64,000 nucleotides of DNA, taken from the human T2T-CHM13v2.0 reference genome, Homo sapiens. Each line of letters begins with the position of its first letter. Position 1 is the stretch's first letter. The position numbers were made by a program, and so were the translations under genes. The stretch is taken from the NCBI RefSeq assembly GCF_009914755.1, contig NC_060940.1; one strand, 5' to 3'. Shown here in pieces: positions 1 through 14,872 of the stretch. The notes beneath the pieces are model-generated. The model ran no database searches. It worked only from the letters and a program-made list of their open reading frames with translations, and was not told the origin of the DNA.

Positions 1-231
1 ATGGCATATTGCACATCTTTACTGTGGTCTGAACAGACCTAATGTGTCATGGATACGTGTATTATATAATAATAAAGTGCAAATTTACGTAGTCCAGTTA
101 TATTCTGGGTTTTTTCACTAGATTGCATGTATATTTCAAGAAGTCTGTGCAGAAATAGCCTGAATTGGCCATGAAAATGGGAGCTGCATTTTCCCAGCAT
201 TAGGCTATAATATTTTTAAATGGCATTAGAC

Positions 232-399
232 TTTCAAAATAACTAAGAGTGGAATTGGAATGTTTCTAACACAAATAAATGATAAACACTTGAGGCGAAG
301 GGTATCCTGATTGCCGATTTGATCATTACACATTGTATGCTTGTATCAAAGTATCACATGTACAACATGAATAAATATGATGTATCCCTAATAATTAAA
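232..399 (+). mobile_element. 5'-truncated L1MA-type 3' end with long target-site duplication
   Basis: L1MA-like gatttgatcattacacattgtatgcttgtatcaaa; flanked by aatattttta(a)atggcattagac at 209-231 and 400-421. Confidence 0.8.
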
Positions 400-464
400 A
401 ATATTTTTAATGGCATTAGACCATTGCAGAGCAATAATAAATAATTGCCAAACTTACTATATTA

Positions 465-906
465 AATTCCTAGGGATGCTGTAACAAAGTACTGCAAACT
501 TGGTGGCCTAAAACAACAGAAGTTTATTCTGTCACAGTTCTGGAATCCTGAACTTTGAAATCAAGGTATTGGCAGCACCACACACTCTCCATAGGCTCTA
601 GGGGAGACTCCTTCCTCTTCTGGCTTCTGATTGGCTCCTGACATTCCTTGGCTTAGGGCAGGGTATCTTCGGTCTCTTCCTCCATCTTCACGGGGTTCTT
701 CCTTGTGTGTGTCAGGTCTACCTTTCATGTCATATAAGGACACCAGTCATTGGATTTAGGACCCACCCTAAATCCAGGATAATCTCTTCTTGAGATCCTT
801 AATTACATTTGCAAAGGCCCTATTTCCAAGTAAGGTCATATTTACAAGGACCAGAGGTTGGGACTTGGACATATCTTTTTGTGGGACACACACTTCAACC
901 CACTGT
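465..906 (-). mobile_element. ERVL-MaLR solo LTR (MLT1C-like)
   Basis: Typical MLT1 motifs: aaacaacagaagtttattct..cacagttctgga, gtcattggatttagg, ccctatttccaagtaaggtcatatt. Confidence 0.8.
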
Positions 907-1297
907 ACTTATAGTGCCAGAAATTTTAAAACTGTTACTGTAAAGAATGAAACATCTTCAAATCTAACTCCATTTCATATCCATGGGCAGTATTGGGATA
1001 AGATATCCATTGCTAGTCGTTCAGTACTGCAGGTCCCAACTAAGTTTCTCATGTCATCCTCCTCATTCTGCTTTGAGCCTTTGGGAAATGAGGGTGACTA
1101 CTTATATCTGATTTCAGAATTTAATAGTAGTTACTCTTTCTAAACATGTTAACAGTCTGTAATGTGTTTGAGAGATTTATCTAGAGACATTTTTCAACTA
1201 GAAACTCTCTGCTTCTTAAAGTATTAAATATGTAGTTTTTAAGGTAACTATAGATAGGATTAAATTTTGGCATTTTTCCAAGGTAGAAGGAACTGCT

Positions 1298-1357
1298 TGT
1301 GTGTGTGTGTGTGGGTGGGTGTGTGTGTGTATGTGTGGGTGTGTGTGTGTGTGTATG
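1298..1357 (+). repeat. Interrupted (GT)n microsatellite
   Basis: Read directly. Confidence 0.9.
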
Positions 1358-2023
1358 TAAATGCCCAACCCATTCTTTTTTCTTTTATAACATATCTTTG
1401 CTCACTGCCTTCACTTGTCCTGGAACATCCAAGCCCTAATTTCAGTCTAAGACCCTAAGGCTTTCCTTAGATATCACCTCTTCCACAGTCTTAATAGACC
1501 TGTTTTCCCCACAGCCTCCAAATACAGTATATTGGCTTCCCTGCTGAGGAAAAGACAAAACTTCCTGAATGTTCCCTTACAAAGTAAATAGAAATCTAGA
1601 TTATGTTGTTGGAATTGACTTAGCCGCCAATTCTAATCATGGTTAAGTGAAAATTCAGCCCCTTCTACCCAAAAGAAAAAAAAAAGACTCTGTTCTGAAG
1701 GTCTTCATAATCTGCCTAAATCTCCAGATGGAAATCTGTCCTATATAAGTAAAGAGGAAAAGAAGTGATAAACAGGATAAAATAACCATAAAAAAATTAG
1801 TGTTAGGGAAACTGAACTATATATCATATGTAAGACTAAAGGTGTGATAATAATTGACTGTTAAAAACTTGTTTTGCTTGCCACACTGTATCTATAACAT
1901 ATTCATTATTTTCTTCCTTTTCCTGTCCTTGGAAATGTAGAATATGCTCAAACCACTTTTAGTTTGTCTTTTAAATAGAAAGAAGAAACTAAATGATTTT
2001 GGTAAGTTTAAAAATGAATCAAT

Positions 2024-2322
2024 GGCCGGATGCGGTGGCCCACACCTGTAATCCCAGCACTTTGGGAGGCCGAGGCGGGCAGATCACTTGAGGTTAGAAG
2101 TTCAAGATCAGCCTAGTCAACATGGTGAAACCCGTCTCTACTAAAAATACAAAAATTAGCCGGACATGTTGGTGCACGCCTGTAATCCCAGCTACTCAGG
2201 AGGTTAAGACAGGAGAATCACTTGAACCCGAGAGGTGGAGGTTGTGGTGAGCTGAGATGGCACCACAGCACTCCAGCCTGGCTGACAGAGAGAGACTCTG
2301 TCTCAAAAAATGAATAAAATTA
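2024..2322 (+). mobile_element. AluS, full length, TSD AAAAATGAATCAAT
   Basis: Dimeric Alu consensus; 14-bp TSD at 2010-2023 and 2323-2336. Confidence 0.95.
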
Positions 2323-5300
2323 AAAAATGAATCAATAGTCTTGTAACCCCTTATCACCTGAATTATTTTTATAGTCTATCTTTTAGTTTTCTATCTTCTG
2401 CTCCTTAAATGCAGCTATATATAACAGCAAAGAGGAAAAGTAGTTGCTCACTAATTGGATGTTTGTAGTACTGGCAAGTAGTTGGTTGGGAACAGGTTGC
2501 GGAAATCCTGTGGCAGTTTGTTGGAAAGAGGGTCAGATTTGCCTAGAATGATTAATATGCGAATAGCTCTTCAGGAATTACTGGCAAAATATTAATATTG
2601 AAGGAAAAGTGCAGTAAAATTTCTTAGCTTGAATCAGTCAAGGGAAAGTACAGTCTGAATGGGTAAACAGTATCTTAATTCTAAGGCTGAAAGAAATGCA
2701 GTTGTCATTTTCATCTGTTTCTGAAACTGAAACTGCTAAGCATGTTTACCAAGGAAAAGCATTATTACCAGAGCTGCTTTAGCAAATCCGAGGAAGAGAT
2801 GAAGTCCTTAAGAGTTGCATCTGTTTGCCTACTGATAATTTGTGTAACGATTCTGAGAAATGGTTTAAGTAGGCAGAACATCCCTATCTTCCATCTTGTT
2901 TCTGTTCTTAATATGCCTGAGTAGGCTCTTCTGCACAAAATGGTGATCTAGCCCAAATTGGATGATTTTGAACTGATGGACTGTGGACCCTGAAGGAATA
3001 AGACTTTGCTGTCTAAATATTTTCACATAATATAAAAATATAAGAGACTATTCCATGGAATCTAATGGTGTGAAGGCTTTTAGTTAAGCATTTGCATTTA
3101 TTTATCTCCTTTGTTATATTCCTCTTGTCCCTAAGAGAATGAACAGGATGTTCATGATACCCTTTCTTTTGAGTTTTTAGAGGGATTTAATGGATATTTG
3201 AATCTTGCTGTTTCTCAGCTTATGACAGCTGCCCATCCTGGACTTAAAACAACCTATAGTTAATGCTCCTGGGCTCAGTAGGAGTGATGAATCTGATTAT
3301 CACCAGATCCAAAGTCTGTTAGTTGAAGAGAAATCCTTTCCTGGAACACCAGGTACATTTTAGGCCAAGATTTGGGTGTAGTGACTGAATTGCATGTAGA
3401 AAAGACATTACATCTTACTGTGCCCTGTTCTGGTTGAGGGACAATAAGTGGTGCCAAGCTTTGTCCCCTATATGAACACAGTGGTGTCTACATCACACCT
3501 ACTTAATAAACATATTTGCTGTTCCTTGTCATTAAACCCTGACCCAGTATAAATCTTAGAGCTGGTAAAAACCATTAAACCTGTACAAAAAAAAATATAA
3601 TGTCTTCACAGAGGCAGGCTAATGTGCCATCCTGTTTCATGTTTATAATTAGGTAGCCTAATGCTGATCACAGTGGTAAGAAATTGAAATGATTTAATTT
3701 TTCTGCCTGTCCATGATAAGGGAAAAGGTAGGCATTGTGGTCTGGTGGCAAAGTATGCAATTACATTAAAGTATTCTGTGAATGGAATTAAAAATGGTAA
3801 CTTTGGAATAAAAATGGGTCGGGGAAAATGTGAAAAACTGCTTTTATGTGAGCCAGGGATATAAGATTTCAGCCTTTTTATTTATCCATTCACACTTACT
3901 CCTGAATGCAAGGCTTTCAGAAGAAGCAAGTAAATGGATGCTGAATGCATTCTGAACGAGCGGGAAATGACAGGCTTTTTTGTCTTCTAGGAGGTTTCTT
4001 ATATCCTGTAGTGAGCAAGAGAGTATCAATTACCAACTTAAAGAAGAAAGAAGTTGGAATGGTTCTCTAAGAGTATTTTGGAACAAGCCCCGTGGCTGAA
4101 ACATTTAACATTTTAATAGAAGACTTCAGATATTGGCCAGGCTCTGGTGCCTTTGAACTGGAGTTGAGTCGTCCCCTCCCTCCTTCACCAGCTATCTCTT
4201 AACCTGCCGATACCAGTGATGCCCCAGCACTCTGGAGATGAGAAACATAGATTGACATCTTCAGTCTGGCATCTATAAATTGCTCGGTTGCAGGAACCAG
4301 AAATGGGCATGTCTTTTTATCTGCTGAACTATTTGATACTGGAGTGGTTGTGATTTAAATGGTGGTTAAAGCCTTGTCAAATATTGAATTGTTTTACTGT
4401 AGACCAGTCTGTTGTTCTCAGATGGCAGCCCTTTACCCATGTGCCACTTTGATCTGCTTGCCACAGCACCTTGTGATCTCTTATTTCTGTTTTTGGAATG
4501 TTCGATCCAAAGCTGTGCAGGCCTGCAGCCTGATGTGGCAGTTGGCAAACTGAGGCTTCTCAGTTACAAAACTTTGGGGCCCAGGTTGTTAGTGTCTCAC
4601 TAAAAATCCATGATCTGCGATGGAACCGAGAGAGGGGATTACATAGAGGGGAGACCCTTGGCTTTACTTCTTTTCATTTGTTTGTTTGGTAGGGACCAGG
4701 AAAAGAAGCTGGAAGGTAAGATGGGTAACATCCCCTACTGACAAGACCTAGACTTAGAATTTTCTTGTGCTGCAGTGCTCTAAGAACCAGTGTGTATCGC
4801 TTTCTTTTAAAGCATCTTTCCATTTCACAGATGCTCAGCTTCCATCTTGCACTTCAGATTTGGAGAGGCTGAATGTGTTCCCCAAGCCCAGGTTGCTGAC
4901 AGCCATGCTGGGGCTAAGGCCCTTGATTCTGACAGCTGCTGGTCTGCAGCGATCACAAGATCAGCAGTGGTGCACGCACCACTTTAATTATCCTGGAGGA
5001 CAGAAGGGCCAGTCCTTGCCTCTCACTGTGGAGTGGCTGTGAGGCTGAGATGCCATCAGCAAAATCCTGCCTGTGCTTTCCAGAAAGCTGCAGCACTTGA
5101 AGCACTGCAGCAGAATCTGCTGAGCAGGGCTGGGCGTGACACAGCTGCCAAGAAATTATTCAGAAAGAACCCTTGTCTTATAAGACATATTTGCAATGAA
5201 GACTAGACTATTTGTTTAATTTATAAAACAAAAGGGAGGGAGGGTTAGGTCAGCAGAATGTAAGTGGGAGTATGGATTTACTTCCTGATTTTTAAAAATT

Positions 5301-5731
5301 ACTGACTAATTTGGTTTATTTCTTTGAATGGGATGAACAAAAGGATATGGGGGAGAGTTTCCTCCACTCCTCCCTTTTCTTTTAAAAAAATAGTCTATTT
5401 TAAAATGCTGTTGCTATCTTAGGGACAGGTAGAAACCGCCATGGAAGGTTATATGATATGCTTGATTTGCTCAAGGTACCAAAATACACTAGTGTGATAT
5501 TCCCTGGGAGTTTTCTCTCTTCTTCTAGTAGGTTCTCTCACAGTGCACATCAGTCTTTCTCAACAGGAGGACCCGTCTCTAAATGAGCAGGGCCTGGCAG
5601 ACCCTTGAAAGTTTATGGGCATTTACAGGATCATTTAATTCTGTAATGAGGTCCTAAACTGCCCCAGATGTCTTAGCATTGAATGAATATAGTGGTGGGT
5701 GTTGTTCATTCAAAAGGTGCTTTTACTGAAT

Positions 5732-5995
5732 CAGTGCTTCTCAAACCAGTTTTTTTCTTCACTTTGTCTCAGACTGAGAGATACTTTTATAAAATATAAC
5801 AAAAATGAATTACTAGGAAAAAAAGACATGCAAAGTACAAGCCCTTTTTAAAATGGGGTTTGTTAGCTATAAAATTACTCAGTTTGCTGTAAAAATCTCT
5901 AAATCCTTATTGTCAGTCTTTGCACTTACCTGCTGCAGACTGGGAGCAAACCATTTGTGGACCGGTGCTCCTTTGACCATATTTTGAGCACCACA
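5732..5995. mobile_element. hAT-Charlie DNA transposon relic (Charlie4-like)
   Basis: Terminal cagtgcttctcaaa ... tttgagcaccac and internal tgtggaccggtgc. Confidence 0.55.
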
Positions 5996-6096
5996 AGTTT
6001 AAATAGTTGTGTTTTTTTCTCCTTCCTTCTTCCTTCCCTGTTTCTCACCGTTGCAGTGAAACGTAGTACCAGAGACACATTACGTTCTTGTCTTTT

Positions 6097-6945
<849 letters not shown>

Positions 6946-8599
6946 GCCTAGGATTTAAATTGCATTTGCAGACTAAGACTGTTTTAGTGAAGGAGGGAAG
7001 TTTTTCAGGATGTATTAGAAGGAGGAAAGTTAGTGAAAGTATAAAATAGAAGTATAATTGATCATTCATTTAGAGCAAAATAAAGAGTAGAAAGCCCACA
7101 GTGCCGGAGAAAAGTATCTTTTGAATGGATGTGGTAGGCATAGCTCTTATTTACACAAGCTTAGTAGTAAAATAACGTTGATTGAGGGAGAGGCTGGAGC
7201 GTACTTTCTCAACCCTGATGTGAACTCTTGCGGAGCGTTGGGAGGTGGTGGTTGAGGGGCATTCAGTTTTACAGAAAGACCAAACCTGCTTCATCCGTTT
7301 ATCTCCAGGTGCTTGCTTTTTTTTGCCATAGTTTTCTGCTTGCTGAGCTGTCAGTTTAATTTACTGTCTAAAGCTCAGCCTATTATTTTTCAGGTTTGCT
7401 GCCCTACAGGTACACTGTAAAGGATTTCTGTGAAATCCTGGAGCAGCTTTTAGTTTCAAAATGCCAAAGCTTTGTGCTTGTGAAAATAGGTTGTGTTCAG
7501 CTTCTTGCTTGATCATCTTTGTTTTGTTTTGCTTCTGAAGCTGAACTTGAGTTAGAAGCATGATGCTAGAAGCAATTTAAAGGGCACATCAAATTTTTAC
7601 TGTAATACTGACCTATTGATTGTTGACTTATTTGTAGGTTTAATGCAAACCCATTTCCTTACTTAGCGTCTGACTGGCCATTAAGCCCTGGCAGTGTGCC
7701 GGAATGTTGAAATCTTGTATTGTATAATATGATTTGTCTGTCTAAGGGTATTATGTGTATTTGGTTTTAAAGACACAAAGCCCTCAACTTTGTGTGTATA
7801 TTCCAGAATACAAGACAGATTTCTCTACAGCAAAATTATTCACGTCTAAGAGTATAAAAGTGAGGAATTGACATTCAGCTGAACATTAACACCTGATGTC
7901 TTGCAAACTGGTACTCTTTGGGCTATCTGGCTTTTATAAACAAACGCAAACTAACATAACAGAATCAGGAAGAGAAGACTAAGCAGGGAAGGGAGAAGGG
8001 GTGTCAGTGAGTATGCAAGAGTAGGTGACAATTAGGTTTGCCTGGTTCCACTCTGCTGGCATGGAGTTGAAATTAGAATCTAGCTGAAGGGCTGGTGCCG
8101 TGTCCTGTTTATGGAGAGAGCTGGCCAGGGGCTTAGGAGTGGTTGGAGAAGTCATCATTGGTCACAAAAAACTTTCACCATCTTCTTTCACAGCCTGGGC
8201 ATCTTTTGACTGGAATAAAGGGTGTGTTTTCACCCCTTGAGTTAAGGCTGAGGGAGTGAGATGACAAAAACATTAAATCTGTGACTTTGAGAGTAAATGA
8301 GAACCGAATGGCTTTAAGGGGGGAAAATTGACTTCCGCCACCCCCTCCAGTCACACAAATAAGATGGACTTACTTCAGAAAATTTGGAAAATGGCTCCAT
8401 AGTCACTTTCTTGACTGTTGTACTCCCCCTTGAAGTTGTTAGAACAGATACCATTTGGGGAGTGTTGAACTTTTTAAACAGCATACTTGAAACGGTAGCC
8501 ATCTTTTGTTTGAAATGACAAGGAAAATTGATAATAGAGAAGTGAGGGACTGGTACATGAAGTGTGTGTTAGAAATAGACTGTAAAAGTGGCCCTCATA

Positions 8600-8745
8600 G
8601 GCCGGGCGCAGTAGCTCAAGCCTGTAATCCCAGCACTTTGGGAGGCCGAGGCTGGTGGATCACGAGGTGAGGAGATCGAGACCATCCTAGCTAACACGGT
8701 GAAACCCCATCTCTACTGAAAAATTAAAAAAAAAAAAGAAAAAAA
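8600..8745 (+). mobile_element. AluY-like left arm only, with TSD
   Basis: Left monomer followed by A-run; gtg(g/a)ccctcata on both sides. Confidence 0.9.
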
Positions 8746-9186
8746 CACGTGACCCTCATAGCTCAAAATTGGTCAATTCCTATAAATTGACACACAGTCT
8801 GTTCCTTTATTCTGTAACGGAAAAGCTTCCTTATGTGCTAAAAGGGATCAGAGATGTGCTGATTTCATGAACAACCCTTACATCATTTCATTGTCCCCTC
8901 AAACTATTTGGAAGGCTGGTTATTGAGAAGTTCTGTGACTTTGTCCTAATTTGGAAGATTTAGGGGGAAGTAATAGGCCTGGAACTTTGTATGAAGTTTG
9001 AGGGACACATCATCATAATCTTTTCATTTGTATAATACTTTACAGTGGGCTTTGTCATTCTCTTGTTCCACACTGCAGTGTATGAGATGGATTGAGTGAG
9101 TGTTGGCATCATCTTTATTTAAAAGGGGAAGAAATTGAGACTAAGATAGATTAGTTACTGTAAAAGGTGGAACTTGAACCCAAATA

Positions 9187-9393
9187 ATTCTTTATACCTT
9201 GTCGTGTAGTCTTACTTTTCTTATGCCTTGCTGAGGAAGGCATCAAGTGATGGATTGGTTGGGTAAATGCCGTATTATTCTTTTCTGCAAAGACACTAAG
9301 CCAGTTCTTTCACCACTGGTCGAATTTCTTAATGTTTTGTCCCTGCCTTTCCTCTGACCATTTCTTACCTGTTTTCTATGGGATGACATTTCC
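9187..9393 (+). repeat. 207-bp dispersed direct repeat, copy 1
   Basis: Matches 10180-10386 at offset 993 with 6 substitutions by manual alignment. Confidence 0.95.
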
Positions 9394-10179
9394 ATTTATT
9401 CCCTCCAGCACGAAAGTCTTGCTGGTTAACTAAATTAGAGATGGAAATGCTACTTAGAAGAGTAATTTGGCGTGATTGGCTTCTGTGGACTGTGCACTGA
9501 GTGGTGATAAACCTCATTTTTTCCATCTGAGATATACTTTGGAACAAAAAGTGATACTGATGTTTGTTGATACTGCTGACATAGTTTACTGCTGTTTTCC
9601 TTTATGTGACTTGGTGCTGAGTTTATGCTGTCTGAGTAGGTCATTGCTCCCAAGCAAATGAAAAGTAGCAAACTGAAACAAATGCCATATTTGGAACTTT
9701 AGGTGGACTGGAAGGAATGTCAGGGGTTTTAGAGCAGATTGAAGGAAAGATTTTTTGGTTTTGTTTTTGCCATTATTTTGCTTTCTGTTTTATGCTGGAT
9801 ACCACCTTCTCTGTTCCCTTCCCTTTCATTCTTTTTCTTTTTCTTTTTTGGTCTTTTCTCCTTTCTTCCTTTCACTTTTGCTTTCCTTCTGTTCTTTGCA
9901 TCCCTCTCTCTGCCACCTGTCCCCTTGCCTCAGCCTTTTTAGACTGGCTGTCAGCAGGAGCTGCCATTGCTAATGGGAGTGTACCGGATGCCTCAGCGGT
10001 ATTGAGGGCAGAAAAAGGATAAAGAACATGGTTGGGTAGAATTTTTTCTCATTTTTCTGATCAAGTGTTAGCTGTGAAAACACGGCTGTTAGAATGGCTC
10101 CCACAGCTTGGCAGTATGCACCCACCAAAGCTATCTTCCTGTGGAATGAACACAGTTGGAGAGTGAGTTTGGACTCCGG

Positions 10180-10386
10180 ATTCTTTATACCTTGTCCTGT
10201 AGTCTTACTTTTCTTATGCCTTGCTGAGGAAGGCATCAAGTGATGGATTCGTTGAGTAAATGCCATATTATTCTTTTCTGCAAAGACACTAAGCTAGTTC
10301 TTTCACCACTGGTCGAATTTCTTAATGTTTTGTCCCTGCCTTTCCTCTGACCATTTCTTACCTGTTTTCTATGGAATGACATTTCC
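10180..10386 (+). repeat. 207-bp dispersed direct repeat, copy 2
   Basis: Matches 9187-9393. Confidence 0.95.
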
Positions 10387-10697
10387 CCATCAGGGGCCTG
10401 GAAGCTCTGTGGAAGCCTAGCCTTGCTGTCTATCAGAGGTGGGCCTCTTCCTTGTTTCTCCACTGCCCTACATACTCTCCTTACTTGTGTTTTCTGCATT
10501 TGCAAACCCCAAATAAATGGAATTTAGTTTTATTTGTCTAGCCAGTTTGCTCATGTTCTGCTCTTGTAATATGTACCCTGAAGTGCATTTCCTTACTTTG
10601 GCCATTGCCTGAAGCCTCTGCTAATTTTCTACCTTTGTTTTTTAGTGTCTGACTCAGCTTGGTATTGAGGGCCTGTAAGAGTTTTCTGTTACAGTAC

Positions 10698-10919
10698 TGT
10701 GATAGTGCGAAATATGTATTTGGTCTTGGACCCTGTTTCCTCCAGCCTGCTGGGAAGAGAGAGGATCTGAAGGTTAAGTTGATCACCAGTGGCCAGTGGT
10801 TTACTCAGGCATGCCTACATGAGGAAGCTTCCATAAAAACCCAAAAGGAAGTCTTCTGTGTTGATTGTCATTGTGTGGTGAGAGCAGAGTAGACACAGTT
10901 TGAATTGGTTTTTCCTCAC
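10698..10919 (+). mobile_element. MER21-like LTR, internally deleted
   Basis: Start tgtgatagtgcgaaatatgtatttggtct, internal tgaaggttaagttgatcaccagtggcca...ccataaaaacccaaaagga, ends in CA. Confidence 0.7.
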
Positions 10920-11379
10920 AAGTACTTAGTAAGTCAAGGTTTGAGGTGAGAGTTGCAACTTATTTATTATTAGATGATTGATTATACATTAAAGCCAAAT
11001 CTAAGTAGGGGGAGAACGGGGAAGAAACTGACCAAGGAAAAGAAGACATTTGGTTGCGTTTCTTGTGTTTCGGAAATGAAGTTGTAAATTAATCTACCTC
11101 CCAACCTCATATATGCTTTTCACTATTTGTTAACTATTCATTCTACTTTCTTTTTTGAGGATGGGGCAGTGTTATGGGATGGGGTTTATTTTGGAGCAAC
11201 AAACGCATTGCAGAGCCTTTCAGGCATCTAGGCTTTTCCTTGGGGGTTAGGAAGGGGAAGGAGCCACTGATCTCATCTCTGTCTTTGTATTAACTTTCTA
11301 GCTCAGGTTGGGTTTAATTTCCTCCTCCATTCCTCTCCTGCCCTGAACACCTTTGGCAACCAGAGAAAAGCCTTTTGGT

Positions 11380-11540
11380 CAGTGATTGTAGAGTGTGGCG
11401 CTCAGACCAGCAGCATCAGCATCACCTGGGAACTTTTAAGAAATGTGATTCTCAGGCTCCCCGCAGACCTATTGAATCCAAATCTGTGAGGGTGCGACCC
11501 AGAGTCTGTGTTTTAACAAGTACTCCAGCTTGAGATGTAC
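11380..11540. mobile_element. MER5A (hAT-Charlie MITE)
   Basis: gaccagcagcatcagcatcacctgggaact...agaaatg...tctcaggc...gtgttttaacaag. Confidence 0.85.
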
Positions 11541-12644
11541 TGAATTAAGTGATAACAGAAGTCTACTGTAGGTAAACCTGCTTTTCTAGGTGTCTCTGCC
11601 AACTTTTAAACTCAGTCCACCTGTGGACTAATACTGAATTTTCACTAAACAAACTGTAAACAAAGCAGACTGCAAAGCAGTGTATTTATCTTTTAAGTGT
11701 TTGAGTCCATAAAGAATTTATAAGCACCTTTGTTTTTATCTTTGCTTCATCAAGGACATAGTGTTCAATATAATATATGTTTAAAACATATATATTTAAA
11801 AACTTATGACTTAATAATTTGTCAGTTATAATTGTTTTCATCATAGAGGTATTGAATCTGATATTAAGGCTGTAGCTCAAAATATACTACCTAAAAAGTA
11901 GTCAGAGCCCAGAGGAGAATAAAGAAGAGAGGGAGACATGGGAAAGGGAAGTGGGAGGATTAATAATCCCATCTTAGTTAATCATCATTATCCTCTCTGA
12001 TTGCTGTGAGCGGATGTGCTGTTGCTTCTGCAAATGTTAATAATTCATGGATGGACTATGCCAAAAGGAGGCCTTAAATCTGGTCTCTCAGCAGATTAAA
12101 TACACCGTCTGCTATCAGTAGGAGCCAGGAGAGATGAAAGATGGACTTGTTTTTATTCATTAACCTGATTTCTCTGCCTTTTTCCCAGCTCCTCTCATTC
12201 TCATTTTGTTCACCTTTTAATTTGCTTCTCTCTGTATGCCCCCCACCCCCACCATTAAATGTGTGCTAGAGATCTTGGGTCTACTGTTAATGACATTAGA
12301 TTTTACTTTTCCTTAGCTGCTAGTAACAACAGATGCCATGAGAGAAAGCAGAGAAGCAGAATAAGTATTTCTTTGGAAATGTCTAAATCAGTCTGCATAT
12401 TTGAAAAATGTATTAAAATGTGCTGCCTGTGTTTTAGAAATCATTTGAAATGGCTTCTCTTGGCTTTGAAGAGAATCCTATTGTATAGATGGTTGAAAAT
12501 ACATGCAGTGCTCTTACTTTATGCTGGTGTGGTGGTATTTTCTCATTTCGCAGATGAAGAAACTGAGGCATGAGGTGGATGATTTGGTTGCCTAGAACCC
12601 AGTTGTTCTGACTCTAGCTTCAGTATGCTTTCCACTGGACTTGA

Positions 12645-13031
<387 letters not shown>

Positions 13032-14823
13032 TAGTAATGTGTAGGTAGCTTCATAGGAACACTTCACCAGATTAAATGCTAAATGATAGTTTGCCAAGAA
13101 ACACTACAGTTGGAAAAGGCTGATGACCATCTGGAGTTATGTAGACATTTCTAGAACTTCTGAATAATAATACTCAGCAATTTATAGGTTAATCAGTCAT
13201 GTTGAGCACTTATTCTGTGCATGATGCTGTGTTAAGCACTTTAAGTGGATATAATATAGTACCCATTCTTACTACAGTTTCAGTGTTGTAGGTTTTCCTG
13301 AGGGAAACTGGCTACTTAAAATGCTCCAGTATCTTAAGGGTGTGAGATGGCAAAGTAGTAGAACTGGAAACGTTTTGGTCTCCTCAGTAGTTTGCTGGAG
13401 GACTTACTGTTAAGTAGCATGTCAATAAAACTGGGCCATTGTTTTTAAAACCATTTGCCTGTCCCTGCTGGAAGCCTGATGGAGAGAACAGTGTGGGGAA
13501 AGCGGATTTTAAAATCAGCCTGTTTTTCCCAAAAAAATGTTAGAATTGCAGATCCTTGTGCCCCTATTTTGAGATGAGGAGGGCACAGGTATAGCGATGA
13601 AAGCCCAACCCAGTATTTTATAGGGCCCCATAGACAAGGCCACCCCTCCCTTGCCATGGTTGTCTATCCTGACCTGAAGTAGGGGTAAAGAAAGGCAGGG
13701 GCCCCCTCACCTCTTGCACCCTTCATGTAGGACCAGTAACCCACAGGTCATCACCATAGTTGCTGTTTCAAATTCATTTTACTGTCATTTCTCATCATTT
13801 TTACTCTGGTTATTTTATATATTTTTTTTTTCTTAAAGTTTATATCCTTGCATATACTTTTATTTGTTGGTGCCAGATTTTTTTTTTTATTGCTTTGAGG
13901 AATGCTATTTTCAATTTTATAATAGGGATTGATGAAAAAATAGAATTTTGCGTTTAAGTTTTCTTCATAGAAAACTTTGAGAAAGCTACATTTTATTTAT
14001 GTCAGTGTGTAAAATTATAACCTGATAATGAAAGAAATACAGTTTTTCCCCCCTTGTTTAAATCGTTGAGGGTTGGATAATTTTAATAAACCTTTTCTTT
14101 CCGTTGAGGAGTCTTTTATTTTGTATTTTTCTTACCAGTATCTGGCCATATCACTGTTTTCCAGATAGTAGCACAAATAATAAATATGTGCAAAAACTAT
14201 ATAAAAATTAAGGTTTTAGTGTCTTTTCTTTAACATAATAGTAAAATTATGATGGACTCTGCTTTTAATAAGCAAATCCAAATCTGAATATCTAGATTTG
14301 TAAAAGAAACCTTGGGACAATGTTCAGCTTTAGTATTCCTTCAAATAACAGCTTCCCTGCTGAATTTAAAATAGAATTTGTTTAAAAGAATTCTATTTAC
14401 AATCAACCTGGCAAGAAATACATCTGTTGTGAAAAGTACATTGGTAACAAGAATTAACAAGCTAGAAGCTGTTCTTGTGCAACCACCACCATCCCCCATG
14501 TAATGACTTAAAATTCCATGAAATCTGGGGCTCTAGCAGGCACCCATGCAGTTTTTCTCAGTACGTGTCCCATAGTGCTGTGCCAAGAGCTCTCTCTGTA
14601 AGGAAACAAGAAAGCCAGGTCTTGGCCCAAAGCCAGGACCTGGGCCAGAACCTGAGTTTGAGTCTCTTTGTGCCTGAAATTTTGTGGCTATGAATCCAGT
14701 GAACATATATCTTATTATTTCATGTATTTTTTACTGTGGTAGAACTTCTTCACATATTCTGCAAGTTCTTGCTGAAAGTCTCATTTGTTCCCTCTGTCTA
14801 AATACCAAGGCTTAATAGATGCT

Positions 14824-14872
14824 GAGAGAGAGAGTGAGCGTGTGTGTGTGTGCACGCACGTGTGTGTGTGTG
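14824..14872 (+). repeat. (GA)n/(GT)n compound microsatellite with alternating purine-pyrimidine tract
   Basis: gagagagagagtgagcgtgtgtgtgtgtgcacgcacgtgtgtgtgtgtg. Confidence 0.85.

Noticed and set aside
9187-10386. LTR retroelement (two LTRs flanking an internal region)
   Set aside because: No TG...CA termini, PBS/PPT or flanking TSD; retained only as a local duplication.
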